From assembly GCA_947167635.1 (NCBI GenBank), contig CAMVIT010000007.1, positions 6,094 through 70,093 on the forward strand: a stretch of 64,000 nucleotides of DNA. Direction: 5' to 3'. A program made the position numbers and the translations under genes. Below are positions 1 through 8,070 of the stretch, one piece after another. Source of the stretch: an uncultured Bacteroidales bacterium (lineage in GTDB: Bacteria > Bacteroidota > Bacteroidia > Bacteroidales > WCHB1-69). Each line of letters starts with the position of its first letter. Positions within the stretch are counted from its first letter, which is position 1. A model generated the notes under the pieces. The model was not told the origin of the DNA and made no database searches. It was given only the letters and a program-made list of their open reading frames with translations.

Positions 1-2499
1 GCCAACTGCGCCACGGAAGTGACGCAGCAACCTTGGGATGCTCAAGTCTTGCATGCAGCCGAGGGCATTCATTTCTATTTTGTTCCCATCGTAGGCGACA
101 TCAACCACGACGGTATCGTGGAGATTGTAGCGGCGAAAGCTGTCACCAACGACCATTATACCACTCAAGTGAGCATCTATCGGGGTACCGACTTACAGCA
201 GATCGGCACTATCAATGTGTCACAGAAAATCTATGCAGGTTTTTCAGGCCCTATGGCTATTGTGCGTTATCCAAACGGAAACGGCGGAGTGCAGGGTGCC
301 ATTGTCCTGCACTGTTATGACAACAAGCTCCGCTCTTACGACATCCACGGGCAGCTGCTGGCCACCTCCGATGTAAACACTCCATGCGAGGGCGTCGTCT
401 CCGTGGCCGACTTCAACAGCGACGGCTGGCCGGATCTCTACATTGGCAACGCCGTCTATGACGCTGCCACGCTCACCAGACTCTGCGCCGGTCCGTCCAA
501 TGGCAACATGGGACGGAGTTGGCGGAACTCGAGCAGTGAGCATGGCCGCAGCGCCATGTCCTTCGCAGCGAATGTGTTAGGGGACTCCATCCCTGAACTA
601 ATCTGCGGCAACACAATATACAATGTAAACATTGTCAGTCGCACCAATGTCTCCCTCAACAGTATTACCGCACTCAAAACAATAGCCATACCCTCCCGCA
701 TCCCTCAGGACGGAAATATTGCCGTTGCTGACTTCAACCTCGACGGACAGTTGGACATCATGGTCATCATCGACGGAACCTCTTCCGAAACCATGGACTC
801 CGCCTACATTTATGCCTTCGACCCAGTCTCTGAAAACATACTGTTCGTCCACGGACATTACGCCAAAACCATCGGATACCCTTTGGTGGGCGATATTGAT
901 GGGGACGGATATTTAGAGTTTGTCTATATTGACTATAAAACGCCGGTGAGCAATTCCCGCATCACGGCAATGAAGTTCCTCCCGCAAACGGGACTACAGA
1001 CCAAGTGGCAGGCCACCCACACCGATGGCTCGGGACAGACCTCCATGACACTATTCGACTTCAACCAGGATAACATCATGGAGATTGTCTATCGTGACGA
1101 GTCAAACTTACGCATCATCAACGGTAGCGGGACAAGTCATGTAACGGGAAACGACACCGTTTCCTTCTACAACCTTTACACTAAGAGCATGTCTGCCGGC
1201 ACATGGAAAGAGTACCCCGTGGTGGCAGACGTAAACGGTGACGGTGCCGCGGAGATTGTTTCCGTAGGCAACTTCCAACTCAACTTCTTCAAGTCCTCTG
1301 GCTCTCCCTGGGCACCCGCCAGGCCCGTGTGGAACCAGTACATGTACAACGTCACCAACGTCAACAACGACCTCACCATACCGGCATACAACTTCAATCC
1401 CGCCACCACCTTCACCGACCCGCAGGGTGTGGTGCGCCGGCCCTTCAACAACTTCCTCCAGCAGGCCACCACGCTGGACGAGTACGGGAGGCCGTTCATG
1501 CCCTTAGCCAATGTTTCCGCAACCACTGACACCTCTGTCATGCACGCAAACGGCACTTACATCTTTACGTTCCGGTTTTGCAATACAGGGAGTCAAATAC
1601 TGACCGCACCCTACCCTATCGCTTGTTATGCCAATTCCTATATGGGACCACTGCTGACGACGGAAACCATCACCTCCTCCCTGTCACCTGACAGTTGCCT
1701 GACATGGACCCTGCACTTAACCGACGAAACCTTGCAAGGTTTTGGTGACCTGCAGCAGATTGTGGTCTCCCTGAACGACCATGGGACTGGTATTGCACAG
1801 AATGGAGGACAACAAACCGAGTGCGACACCACAGACAACATATTCATCTTCCCGGCATCACCGTGCCTCATACCACGAGACACTGTTGCTGCCGACGTGT
1901 GCATACACGAACCCTATTCCGACGCAAACTTCGACATTGCAGCGACAGAGACCGCTCTCGCCGGTGAGCAGTATTTCACCCGGACATATACAGTGGGAGA
2001 ATGCGACAGTGTGATTGTATTACATTTGCGTGTGCATCCTGCATACAACCTGCAACTTTCGGAGACAATGCCGGAAGACATGGACTACGACAGGCATGGG
2101 ATTCACATCGGAACAGAGTCATTGACCGGGCTCGGACAGTTTGACACGACGCTGTTCATGCAGAGCATATACGGGTGCGACAGCGTGCTCCATATCAGCA
2201 TACATTTATCCTCACCGATGTTTGCGCTCTATCTGCCCAATGCCATCACGCCAAATGGCGACGGCTTGAACGACGAGTTTTTCATACCCGAGAAACTGCA
2301 GTCACAAATGTCCAAATTCGAGATCCTCATATACAACCGATGGGGCGAGGTGGTCTTCTTCTCACAGGACAAGGGTTTCCGATGGGACGGCAGTTATCGC
2401 GGAAAGATTTATAAAAACACAGTGTATCAATACATGATACGCTGCAAAGATTTAATGGGGTGTCAACTGCAATACAAAGGAAGTTTAACCGTATTATAA
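1..2499 (+). CDS. FG-GAP/VCBS-repeat surface protein with T9SS type B C-terminal sorting domain (5' partial)
   Basis: The frame is open to the window edge (no stop in nt 1-18), so the track's GTG start at 19 is probably internal. There is no signal peptide, although the paralog has one. Repeated calcium-type FG-GAP motifs are present: GDINHDGIVEIV, ADFNSDGWPDLY, ADFNLDGQLDIM, GDIDGDGYLEFV, FDFNQDNIMEIVY, ADVNGDGAAEIV. The C-terminus (LPNAITPNGDGLNDEFFIP...IYNRWGEVVFFS...WDG...YQY) matches the gliding-motility-type (type B) T9SS CTD. Confidence 0.8.
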   Translation, partial: ANCATEVTQQPWDAQVLHAAEGIHFYFVPIVGDINHDGIVEIVAAKAVTNDHYTTQVSIYRGTDLQQIGTINVSQKIYAGFSGPMAIVRYPNGNGGVQGAIVLHCYDNKLRSYDIHGQLLATSDVNTPCEGVVSVADFNSDGWPDLYIGNAVYDAATLTRLCAGPSNGNMGRSWRNSSSEHGRSAMSFAANVLGDSIPELICGNTIYNVNIVSRTNVSLNSITALKTIAIPSRIPQDGNIAVADFNLDGQLDIMVIIDGTSSETMDSAYIYAFDPVSENILFVHGHYAKTIGYPLVGDIDGDGYLEFVYIDYKTPVSNSRITAMKFLPQTGLQTKWQATHTDGSGQTSMTLFDFNQDNIMEIVYRDESNLRIINGSGTSHVTGNDTVSFYNLYTKSMSAGTWKEYPVVADVNGDGAAEIVSVGNFQLNFFKSSGSPWAPARPVWNQYMYNVTNVNNDLTIPAYNFNPATTFTDPQGVVRRPFNNFLQQATTLDEYGRPFMPLANVSATTDTSVMHANGTYIFTFRFCNTGSQILTAPYPIACYANSYMGPLLTTETITSSLSPDSCLTWTLHLTDETLQGFGDLQQIVVSLNDHGTGIAQNGGQQTECDTTDNIFIFPASPCLIPRDTVAADVCIHEPYSDANFDIAATETALAGEQYFTRTYTVGECDSVIVLHLRVHPAYNLQLSETMPEDMDYDRHGIHIGTESLTGLGQFDTTLFMQSIYGCDSVLHISIHLSSPMFALYLPNAITPNGDGLNDEFFIPEKLQSQMSKFEILIYNRWGEVVFFSQDKGFRWDGSYRGKIYKNTVYQYMIRCKDLMGCQLQYKGSLTVL
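1356..1499. repeat. 144-bp block identical to 3914-4057 (copy 1)
   Basis: Base-by-base comparison of the two paralogs shows perfect identity from caacgtcaacaacgacc to gggaggccgttcat. The flanks are clearly diverged. Confidence 0.9.
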
Positions 2500-2513
2500 G
2501 TGCGCTAACCTCC

Positions 2514-4688
2514 ATGACTCGTGCAATCCCGGCCATATTATTCCTGCTTTGGATTGGTTTTCAACCAGTCATGGCTCAAAATGTTCTTCCCGACAACATG
2601 GTGGAGACGGACTGCTCGACAGAGGCAGAAGCCATGGACTGGGGAATCGTCCAAGGAGCCAGCAGCCAACCGCTGTCGCACATGTACGCCCAACCCTACA
2701 TCGGTGACATTGACAACGACGGTCTGTCCGAGATTGTCACGGTAGGATACTACAATTCGCCCAGTCAAGCCTCTTCCATAGTAATTTATGGATCCAACTT
2801 ACAACTCAAATACAGTTTCAACACCCCGCAGATGTACGTTTACGGAGGATACCCTGTCGCCATTGCCGATGTGGACAGAGACGGCCTTTCCGAAATATTC
2901 GTCCACAACACTGACGGCCACCTCCGTGCCTACCATCACAACGGAACGCTGATTTGGACCTCGAACGCAACCTCAACGACGGAAAGAGCACCCAGTCTGA
3001 TCATTGCGGATGTGAACGGGGACAGCATCCCGGAAATCTGGTCGTTAGACAAGATTTACAATGCTGTGTCAGGCGAATTGTTGGTGTCTCTGCCTGAAAT
3101 CATCGGATGCTCCTCTCTCTATCTGGGCAATCCAGGCCAGGCTTCCATGCCCGTGTTCGCCGACTTTGACAACGACGGCGTTCTGGAACTGGCCGGCGGC
3201 AACAAAGTCTATAAGCTGACCATCACAAACACCAATGGAACTTCGGGAAACAGTGCCTCCTTATGGAAAAACATTACTTCCAACGGCGTCGCCGACGGGC
3301 TCACCTCTGTCGCGGATATTGACCTGGACGGATTTCTGGACATTGTAGTAGTGCAAAACAACCGCATGTATGTTTGGAAACCTTACAGCGGCCCGGGCAG
3401 CAACCCCGAATCAATCGCCAGTTGTCCCTACAGTTCCGGCACGGCTGGCTCCCGTGCTTTGCTCACCGATGTGGACAACGACGGCTATCCGGAGATCCTT
3501 TTCACATACGCCACAAAAATCACCGCCTACAAATACATCCCGACAACACAAACCCTGCAGCAGATGTGGCTGAAAAACACCAGCGACGTCTCCGGCGCCA
3601 CCACCATGACCGCCTTCGACTTCAACCAAGACGGCGCTGTGGAGATTGTCTATCGCGACGCGTCTGACATGCGCATCATCGACGGCATCACCGGCAACAA
3701 CAAATCCTCCTTCGCCTGCATTGCCCCCACCGCCACCGACTATCCCGCCATCGTGGATTTGGACAAAGACGGACAAGCAGAAATCATCGCCTCATCCTGC
3801 ACTTACGACAACAACCACGACATGCACGCCAAGCTGGTGGTCTTCAAAAGCCCGGCAAATGTCAGATGGGCACCGGCCCGGCAGGTCTGGAGCCAGCACG
3901 CATACAATGTGGTCAACGTCAACAACGACCTCACCATACCGGCATACAACTTCAATCCCGCCACCACCTTCACCGACCCGCAGGGTGTGGTGCGCCGGCC
4001 CTTCAACAACTTCCTCCAGCAGGCCACCACGCTGGACGAGTACGGGAGGCCGTTCATATCATTGGCCAACGTAACAATCGACGGCCAACCCCAGATGACT
4101 GTTGAAGGCGATGTGATGACCTTTGATCTCACTGTATGCAACACAGGTGCGGTCGCCTTTGCCGCGCCTTTGTACATCTCGCTCTATACCCACTTGGGCG
4201 AATGTGTCCAAACGGACGAGTTTTTCCAAAGCCTTCAACCGGGCGAATGCACAACCCTTCAGCTGGCATACGACCTGAACAGGCTCAAGAACTTTGACAA
4301 TCCCTATCCTCTGAACTTAATTGTGAACGACAACGGGCAGGGCACGGCGCAGTATGGCGGCTTGCAGGCCGAGTGCGACACCACCGATAACCACTTCCGT
4401 TTCGACGGCCGACCATGCACCATCACCCTGCCGAACGTCATCACACCCAATGGCGACGGCATTAACGATGCCTTCATTCCACAGTTAGAGGGCGATTTTC
4501 TCAGCCTGAAGATGGAGATTTACAACCGCTGGGGCAAGCGGGTTTACCAGCAGGAGAACAGCGACTCGCTCCGCTGGGATGCCGAAGGCGTCTCCGACGG
4601 GGTGTATTACTGCGCCATCGACTACTACTGCGCCACTTCAGGCAAGAAGCGGCAGCATGCAAACACCAGTGTGACGGTGGTGCGGTGA
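2514..4688 (+). CDS. FG-GAP/VCBS-repeat surface protein with T9SS type B sorting domain (tandem paralog)
   Basis: I take the ATG at 2514, which gives the signal peptide MTRAIPAILFLLWIGFQPVMAQN. The track start at 2460 overlaps the upstream gene. FG-GAP motifs: GDIDNDGLSEIV, ADVDRDGLSEIF, ADVNGDSIPEIW, ADFDNDGVLELA, ADIDLDGFLDIV, TDVDNDGYPEIL, FDFNQDGAVEIVY, VDLDKDGQAEII. The C-terminus is LPNVITPNGDGINDAFIP...IYNRWGKRVY...WDA...GVYYC. Confidence 0.8.
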   Translation: MTRAIPAILFLLWIGFQPVMAQNVLPDNMVETDCSTEAEAMDWGIVQGASSQPLSHMYAQPYIGDIDNDGLSEIVTVGYYNSPSQASSIVIYGSNLQLKYSFNTPQMYVYGGYPVAIADVDRDGLSEIFVHNTDGHLRAYHHNGTLIWTSNATSTTERAPSLIIADVNGDSIPEIWSLDKIYNAVSGELLVSLPEIIGCSSLYLGNPGQASMPVFADFDNDGVLELAGGNKVYKLTITNTNGTSGNSASLWKNITSNGVADGLTSVADIDLDGFLDIVVVQNNRMYVWKPYSGPGSNPESIASCPYSSGTAGSRALLTDVDNDGYPEILFTYATKITAYKYIPTTQTLQQMWLKNTSDVSGATTMTAFDFNQDGAVEIVYRDASDMRIIDGITGNNKSSFACIAPTATDYPAIVDLDKDGQAEIIASSCTYDNNHDMHAKLVVFKSPANVRWAPARQVWSQHAYNVVNVNNDLTIPAYNFNPATTFTDPQGVVRRPFNNFLQQATTLDEYGRPFISLANVTIDGQPQMTVEGDVMTFDLTVCNTGAVAFAAPLYISLYTHLGECVQTDEFFQSLQPGECTTLQLAYDLNRLKNFDNPYPLNLIVNDNGQGTAQYGGLQAECDTTDNHFRFDGRPCTITLPNVITPNGDGINDAFIPQLEGDFLSLKMEIYNRWGKRVYQQENSDSLRWDAEGVSDGVYYCAIDYYCATSGKKRQHANTSVTVVR
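3914..4057. repeat. 144-bp block identical to 1356-1499 (copy 2)
   Basis: Same comparison as copy 1. Both copies encode NVNNDLTIPAYNFNPATTFTDPQGVVRRPFNNFLQQATTLDEYGRPF. Confidence 0.9.
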
Positions 4689-5354
4689 ATGGGAATTATT
4701 TGTATCTATATAGATCATATTTACCCACAATCATTGCTGGAAGCAGAATCGGTTAAACGAGCACTGGAGGCATGGATTCCAGAATTTGAAGATGTTTTAG
4801 ACAGCTGCTTCCCTATTTGTCGCTTGTTTGGATATCTACGGATATATAACGAAACATCTAACCTTAAAGTCAGATTTCATGACCTGTTAACGACGAACCC
4901 TTTCTGGGATTACAAAAATCACGCTCTCATTGAGGATTGGGAAAAGCAGTGTATCGATATGTTTGTCTCTCTTGTGGAGGATAGATGCACATGTGACGAT
5001 GTGAATGCTTTTATTAAGACAAAACGTTTATATCAAGAAAACTCTTATGATATATGTCGTGGCCATGACGTGTTACGGTTGTTATCCCTTTCATTGATTC
5101 ATAAACACATCTATTCGGTAAAGAATATAATGACGATTATGATAGCTTCATATAGTTCGGGGGACTTCAATTTAGCGATGATACCAAGAAAGCCAATGTT
5201 AGACGATGTTCTTGGTAAATTGAAGGTGATGAGCTTACATTCCCCATATCCTGAATCATGTTTTATTCTTAAGCAAGGGAAAAACGACTGGGCAAATCGG
5301 CGCAGCATGATAGCCTTGATTTGTGGATTGTTCGGGTTTAAGTGGGTGGAATGA
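4689..5354 (+). CDS. hypothetical cytoplasmic protein (orphan, AT-rich)
   Basis: A 221-codon ORF on markedly AT-rich DNA, where long ORFs are unlikely by chance. Its ATG abuts the upstream TGA (tgaatg). No signal peptide and no motif I recognise; several Cys residues. Confidence 0.5.
   Translation: MGIICIYIDHIYPQSLLEAESVKRALEAWIPEFEDVLDSCFPICRLFGYLRIYNETSNLKVRFHDLLTTNPFWDYKNHALIEDWEKQCIDMFVSLVEDRCTCDDVNAFIKTKRLYQENSYDICRGHDVLRLLSLSLIHKHIYSVKNIMTIMIASYSSGDFNLAMIPRKPMLDDVLGKLKVMSLHSPYPESCFILKQGKNDWANRRSMIALICGLFGFKWVE
4691..4707. repeat. 17-nt direct repeat gggaaWtatttgtatct (copy A)
   Basis: gggaattatttgtatct here against gggaaatatttgtatct at 5357-5373, a 16/17 match. Both are preceded by a gtg..aatg context. 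Confidence 0.7.
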
Positions 5355-5356
5355 GC

Positions 5357-5373
5357 GGGAAATATTTGTATCT
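5357..5373. repeat. 17-nt direct repeat gggaaWtatttgtatct (copy B)
   Basis: See copy A. Copy B runs into an exact -7 box, tatctttg. Confidence 0.7.
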
Positions 5374-5376
5374 TTG
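5369..5376 (+). promoter_or_regulatory. Bacteroides-type -7 box TAnnTTTG (tatctttg) upstream of the tagD-like cassette
   Basis: Exact match to the TAnnTTTG consensus, 82 nt upstream of the ATG at 5459. Confidence 0.4.
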
Positions 5377-5458
5377 CCGCGTTTAAGTCTGCTAAACGTA
5401 TAAGACAAGTGAATCAACTGATAATGGATAGAATATAAACGAGTATATTTTCTAAACT

Positions 5459-5953
5459 ATGGATACTGATGTTAAATCTTCGGATAAGTTGGTAATTGGA
5501 TATACCACAGGTGTATATGACCTATTCCACATCGGCCATCTCAATCTGTTGAAGAATGCCAAAGGAATGTGTGACAAACTCATTGTAGGCGTTACGGTTG
5601 ACGAATTGGTGCTTTATAAAGGAAAACATGCGATGATCCCATATTCTGACAGAGCGGAAATCGTGCGTAGTGTAAAATATGTGGATGCGGTGGTTCCCCA
5701 GTATGACATGGACAAACTCACCGCTTGCAAGAAATTGGGCGCCAGCATTCTCTTCGTGGGTGATGACTGGTATGGCACAGACAAATGGAAGAAATACGAA
5801 GAGGATTTTGCCAAGGAGGGAATCAAGATAGTGTATTTCCCCTATACGAAAGGCATTTCTTCAACCAAGATAACTGAAGCCTTGAAGGCGACAAGAGGTT
5901 GGACGACAAACGATCCGTCATCAAGTTCTGAGGACAATCATCTAAACATCTAA
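5459..5953 (+). CDS. tagD: glycerol-3-phosphate cytidylyltransferase (TagD/TarD-like)
   Basis: Cytidylyltransferase fold signature GYTTGVYDLFHIGHLNLL (HxGH). C-terminal ISSTKI resembles the RTxGISTT motif. The core has typical TagD size, with a short C-terminal extension. Confidence 0.8.
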   Translation: MDTDVKSSDKLVIGYTTGVYDLFHIGHLNLLKNAKGMCDKLIVGVTVDELVLYKGKHAMIPYSDRAEIVRSVKYVDAVVPQYDMDKLTACKKLGASILFVGDDWYGTDKWKKYEEDFAKEGIKIVYFPYTKGISSTKITEALKATRGWTTNDPSSSSEDNHLNI

Positions 5954-5955
5954 AA

Positions 5956-6999
5956 ATGGTTGATAAAAGTTATTGTATGAGTTCATATCTTTCACTACGA
6001 TATGTGGAAGATGATAACAAGCAGTTTTGCGAAGGTTTACGCCATCAAGTATATAAGCAGCAACCTTTGGATAGAAAGGTTTTCGTTTCTGATGCCCATG
6101 ACGTGGACATAGCGTTGCGTAATGTTTTCAGAAGAATATCTCATGAAAAGCTGGGCATGCTGTTGTCAGGAGGCATGGACAGTTCAATCCTCGCCTCTTA
6201 TATGCCGGAAGGAGCCGATGCATACACATTCCGATTCCTTGGAGGCAAATACCAAAGTGATGAGTTGGAACGTGCAGAATATTATGCTCAGTATTATCAC
6301 CTGAATCTGCATTATGTGGACATTGATTGGAATACGGTGGAACAGAATGTGGACAAGATAATGCGGCACAAGGGCGCGCCGGTTCATTCCATAGAGCCTC
6401 AGCTTTATGCTGCTGCCATACAAGCCAAGCAGGACGGTGTAACCATGCTTGTTATCGGTGATGCTGCTGATTATGTATTTGGCGGCATGGACGGACTGCT
6501 GTCCCAAAACTGGAGTTATGATCAATATGTGAAGAGAACCATATACGTGAATCCAGCCGATGTCCTTAACGAACCGTACGATATGAATTATCTCTTTGAG
6601 CGCTATCGGATCGGGAAGAACAGCATTGATTACCTGCGTTTCTATGATGAAATAGTAACCGATGAAAGTTATGCATCTTACGAGAATGCGTTTGAAACGG
6701 CAGAAATGGATTTCATAGATCCGTACGAACTGCTTAAAATGGCCAAACCTCTCGATTTGGGCCGAATCAGGAACGGTGACACAAAATATCTGATACGGGA
6801 TCTTTTCAGAATGAAGTACCCGGAGACCACTGTTCCCCTCAAGCAGCCGATGCCCCGTCCTGTTGATGCGTATTTTGCGAACTGGGAGGGACCAAAACGC
6901 AAGGAATTCAAAACAGATATTAACATCAACGACTACAGCGGAAACCAGAAATGGCTTCTCTACTGTCTGGAAAGATTTTTGAACATCTACGAGAAATAA
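5956..6999 (+). CDS. asparagine-synthetase-like adenylating amidoligase, synthetase domain only (no Ntn glutaminase domain)
   Basis: PP-loop LLSGGMDSSILASY lies about 70 aa from the N-terminus. The length of 347 aa leaves no room for the N-terminal Cys-glutaminase domain of AsnB. Confidence 0.7.
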   Translation: MVDKSYCMSSYLSLRYVEDDNKQFCEGLRHQVYKQQPLDRKVFVSDAHDVDIALRNVFRRISHEKLGMLLSGGMDSSILASYMPEGADAYTFRFLGGKYQSDELERAEYYAQYYHLNLHYVDIDWNTVEQNVDKIMRHKGAPVHSIEPQLYAAAIQAKQDGVTMLVIGDAADYVFGGMDGLLSQNWSYDQYVKRTIYVNPADVLNEPYDMNYLFERYRIGKNSIDYLRFYDEIVTDESYASYENAFETAEMDFIDPYELLKMAKPLDLGRIRNGDTKYLIRDLFRMKYPETTVPLKQPMPRPVDAYFANWEGPKRKEFKTDININDYSGNQKWLLYCLERFLNIYEK

Positions 7000-7011
7000 G
7001 AAAACAGCAAT

Positions 7012-8058
7012 ATGGTAAATAAAGATTTTTGCTTGAGTTCATACATGGCCTTCCGCTATATTTGGAAGGATGGCGTTGATTTTGTTGAAGGTTTCCAGCA
7101 TAAGAACTTCCGACCCGTCGCCGAAGAAGATCGCATTCCTGTAAGGACATCGGAAGATATCGACCGGGAGATTCAGAAACAGTTCGATGCTTTATATGCC
7201 AAATACAGAAACATCGGCATTCTACTCAGTGGGGGCATGGACAGTGCTAACTTGGCAGCCTATCTTAAACCTGGAAGTCACGCCTACACATTCAACTCTA
7301 CATCCGGAGTGTTTGATGCTGATGTGGAACGTGCTAAAAAGTACTGCAAGAAGTTCCAGCTGAAGCATCATTTGATTGATATTACGATGGATGACTACCA
7401 AAAGTTCACCCCCATAGTGATGCGTCACAAGTTTACCCCTTTACATTCCATTGAGCCACAGATATATAAAGCAGCCGAAATAGCAAAAAAGGATGGCGTA
7501 CAATTGATGATAGTAGGAGAGAGCGCGGACTTGATATTTGGAGGCATGGACAAACTCATCAGTCCCGTCTGGACTTACGATGCGTTCATGAAGCGATACA
7601 CGTTTTTAGATCCCAAATCGGTTTTGACAAATCCCGTGGACCAATCTGAGCTGTTCGAGAAATACCGTGAAGGGGAAAACGGAATAGATGTGCTTAAATT
7701 CATGGACGAAGTGTTCTCCATAGAGAGCAGCAGCTCTTATCTAAACGCTTTCGGAGCTGCCTGGATGCCCTATTATGATCCGTATGCAAAACTGATTATG
7801 GCAGACCCTTTGGACATGAACAGGGTTCGAAATGGTGAGCCCAAGTATTTGGTTCGTGGGTTGTATGCCATCAAGTATCCCGAGTTGGAAATACCGTTCA
7901 AGATCCCGATGCCGCGCCCTGTTGACACAGTATTTAAGGACTGGTCAGGTCCGATGCGTCCCGAATTCAGAGATGATATTGATATGAACTCTCTGACAGG
8001 GAACCAGAAGTGGCAGTTGTGGTGTGCGGAAACGTTTTTGAATATGTTTGGCAAGTAG
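7012..8058 (+). CDS. asparagine-synthetase-like adenylating amidoligase, synthetase domain only (paralog)
   Basis: Collinear homology with the preceding gene across the full length (ILLSGGMDS, HSIEPQ, GGMD, PMPRPVD, GNQKW), but strongly diverged. Confidence 0.7.
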   Translation: MVNKDFCLSSYMAFRYIWKDGVDFVEGFQHKNFRPVAEEDRIPVRTSEDIDREIQKQFDALYAKYRNIGILLSGGMDSANLAAYLKPGSHAYTFNSTSGVFDADVERAKKYCKKFQLKHHLIDITMDDYQKFTPIVMRHKFTPLHSIEPQIYKAAEIAKKDGVQLMIVGESADLIFGGMDKLISPVWTYDAFMKRYTFLDPKSVLTNPVDQSELFEKYREGENGIDVLKFMDEVFSIESSSSYLNAFGAAWMPYYDPYAKLIMADPLDMNRVRNGEPKYLVRGLYAIKYPELEIPFKIPMPRPVDTVFKDWSGPMRPEFRDDIDMNSLTGNQKWQLWCAETFLNMFGK

Positions 8059-8070
8059 TTAAAAACTGAC

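Noticed and set aside
2460-2513. Longer N-terminus of the second FG-GAP gene
   Set aside because: It overlaps the upstream gene by 40 nt and precedes the obvious signal peptide that starts at the ATG at 2514.
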